A DNA stretch of 64,000 nucleotides from contig NC_058369.1 of the NCBI RefSeq assembly GCF_018350175.1, positions 23,934,001-23,998,000 of the forward strand, given 5' to 3'. The notes below the pieces were generated by a model. The model searched no databases and had not been told where the DNA came from. It saw nothing but the letters and a program-made list of their open reading frames with translations. This stretch comes from Felis catus (lineage: Eukaryota). Position numbers and translations under genes: made by a program. Shown piece after piece: positions 62,411 to 64,000 of this stretch (position 1 is the stretch's first letter; every line of letters starts with the position of its first letter).

Positions 62411-63852
62411 GTGGTCATTTCATTAAAATGCTTGATTGTGGGATGGAACGAACATCCCTTTGGTCTGGGATGATAGTGGTAGGTTTCACAGAATGCAGAG
62501 GTGGTTGTGTGGTGTGAAGGAAGGCTGTATTGGAGGGCTATGGAAGGAAAAAAGAAGATTTCAGATGGGAATAAGCATCTGAGGAAAAACTAAGAGGATT
62601 CTTTTAAAATTATACCTATCTTGTGTATTTAGGAGTACCTATTTCCAACTGTATAACTTCCAGGGATGTTAGAGTACCACCAAGGAAAAAAACATAACCC
62701 GATTAAGTGATTCCTAAGTAACAAACCAAAGCCTGGCACTTGTTTGTGCTGAAGTTCTCATACATTCACACACACACTCATTTGCACATGCATGTATAAG
62801 CGCATATACGCTCACTCATGCACCCATGCACATAGGTGAGGACATGGGCAAATATTGTGGGGATAAGATTACCAACACCAATGCCAGGCAATGGCAGCCT
62901 TTTATTCTGAAATTAGGTAATGTCCTTCCTCATTTGTGGTGTTAAAATGCCCTTTTATCAAATGATGGTGACAGAGTTAATATTTAAATAGCCTTATTTA
63001 ATTTAATAGCTTAAATAGGTAATCAAGCTTTATGTTGTTTTCAAAAATATTTTTTCACATTATTGGTCCATGACACTCAAAATCTAGAAAGCATTCATTT
63101 GATTGCTGAATATTATTATAATTAGGGTATGTTTGAGGAACATCTGGCCATTCCCTTTTACCCTGCATAGATGAGGGCTTGTCATTCCTTTTGAAAAGTA
63201 CTTGACCTTTCACTAAATATTACTGAGGTTTCCAAGCAGGGTGCCTTAGAAAGTCATGTTGAACCCCAATTGTTCTTACTAAGTGAACGTTTTCTTTGAT
63301 ATCTGTTACAGACATTGTATCCTTAGGATACATATAGAGAGTAATCTTTTATTTCACAAGTAGACCCTGCCATGCATGAGGTCCAGGTCCTTCTCAGGCC
63401 CTCAGTTAGCAGAAGAGGAAAGAAAAGCTAGGTTGATCAACATCGCCCTTAGGAATCTAAAGGGGGCCAAAGGGACTAGTATGACATATGAGATACCCCC
63501 TCTCCTTTCATTAGATTTTTAATGCAATATATATATATATATATGTATGGAGCCTGGGAAGGTTTAGGAACATGGTAGTTATTCCTCCAACTACTGGCTA
63601 AAGTGAATACAGATGAGGCTTGCTCCCCAGGGACCCAAAGATTTGAATTAGGACCTAAGGATGGAAGTCACAGGTAGGTAAAGCTGATGTCAATTCAATG
63701 ACAGAAAGACCTCTGGCTAAGTCACAGCTATCAAACAATAGCACAAGATGCCTCATTCCCATCTGTGAAAGTATCTGTGCAGACAACAGAGGACCATGTC
63801 AAGCAATTCCCAAAGAAAGAATTCTAACAAAAGATGAGTGGTATGACTAAAT

Positions 63853-64000
63853 GTGTGTTTTGGTTAGGTTTCTTTGGATTCCAAGCTACAGAAACTGATT
63901 CCAGCTAACTTAGCAAAGGGAGGGAGTATTTAGAAGGACACTTGGATAGGTCAAGGAAAAAAAAAGAGCTAACAAGTGAGTCTTAGGAAGGTCAATGAGA
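63853..64000. mobile_element. MLT1 (MaLR) LTR end, truncated by the window edge
   Basis: ggttaggtttctttggattccaagctacagaaactgattccagctaacttagcaaagggagggagtatttagaagga resembles old MLT1 termini. Confidence 0.45.

Larger units (their letters stand above)
48230..64000 (-). other. ERC2: ERC2 intron upstream of the 148-nt exon (runs off the window)
   Basis: Ends at acceptor AG (48231-48230). No further ERC2-like coding sequence recognised. Confidence 0.8.

Overview
This is mammalian genomic DNA from a felid, judged from the CpG-rich feline Can-SINEs. The whole window lies inside the 3' part of ERC2 (CAST/ELKS2, presynaptic active-zone scaffold), which is transcribed on the minus strand. Two coding exons are supported: 48229-48082 (148 nt, QEALLAAISEKDANIALLELSASKKKKTQEEVMALKREKDRLVHQLKQQ) and 14074-13940 (135 nt, TQNRMKLMADNYDEDHHHYHHHHHHHHHRSPGRPQHSNHRPSPDQ). 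They are joined in frame across a ~33.9 kb GT-AG intron. I did not find the terminal DDEEGIWA exon, which is expected just beyond position 1. The rest is intronic: 11 Can-SINEs (several with clean TSDs), L1/L2/MIR fragments, ERVL-type solo LTRs, two MADE2 elements, hAT relics and microsatellites. Apart from those overlapping the two exons and the L1 ORF2 remnant, the ORF-track entries look spurious. There is no prokaryote-type system and I cannot claim a new biological system. The best leads are (1) a 50-bp near-perfect inverted repeat in apparently non-transposon DNA, (2) alternative donors and a stop-plus-polyA-signal read-through that could change the ERC2 C-terminus, (3) a close inverted pair of very young SINEs, and (4) compressed Sox-Oct and CTCF motifs. 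Repeat family names are from recalled consensus sequences and most repeat boundaries are approximate.
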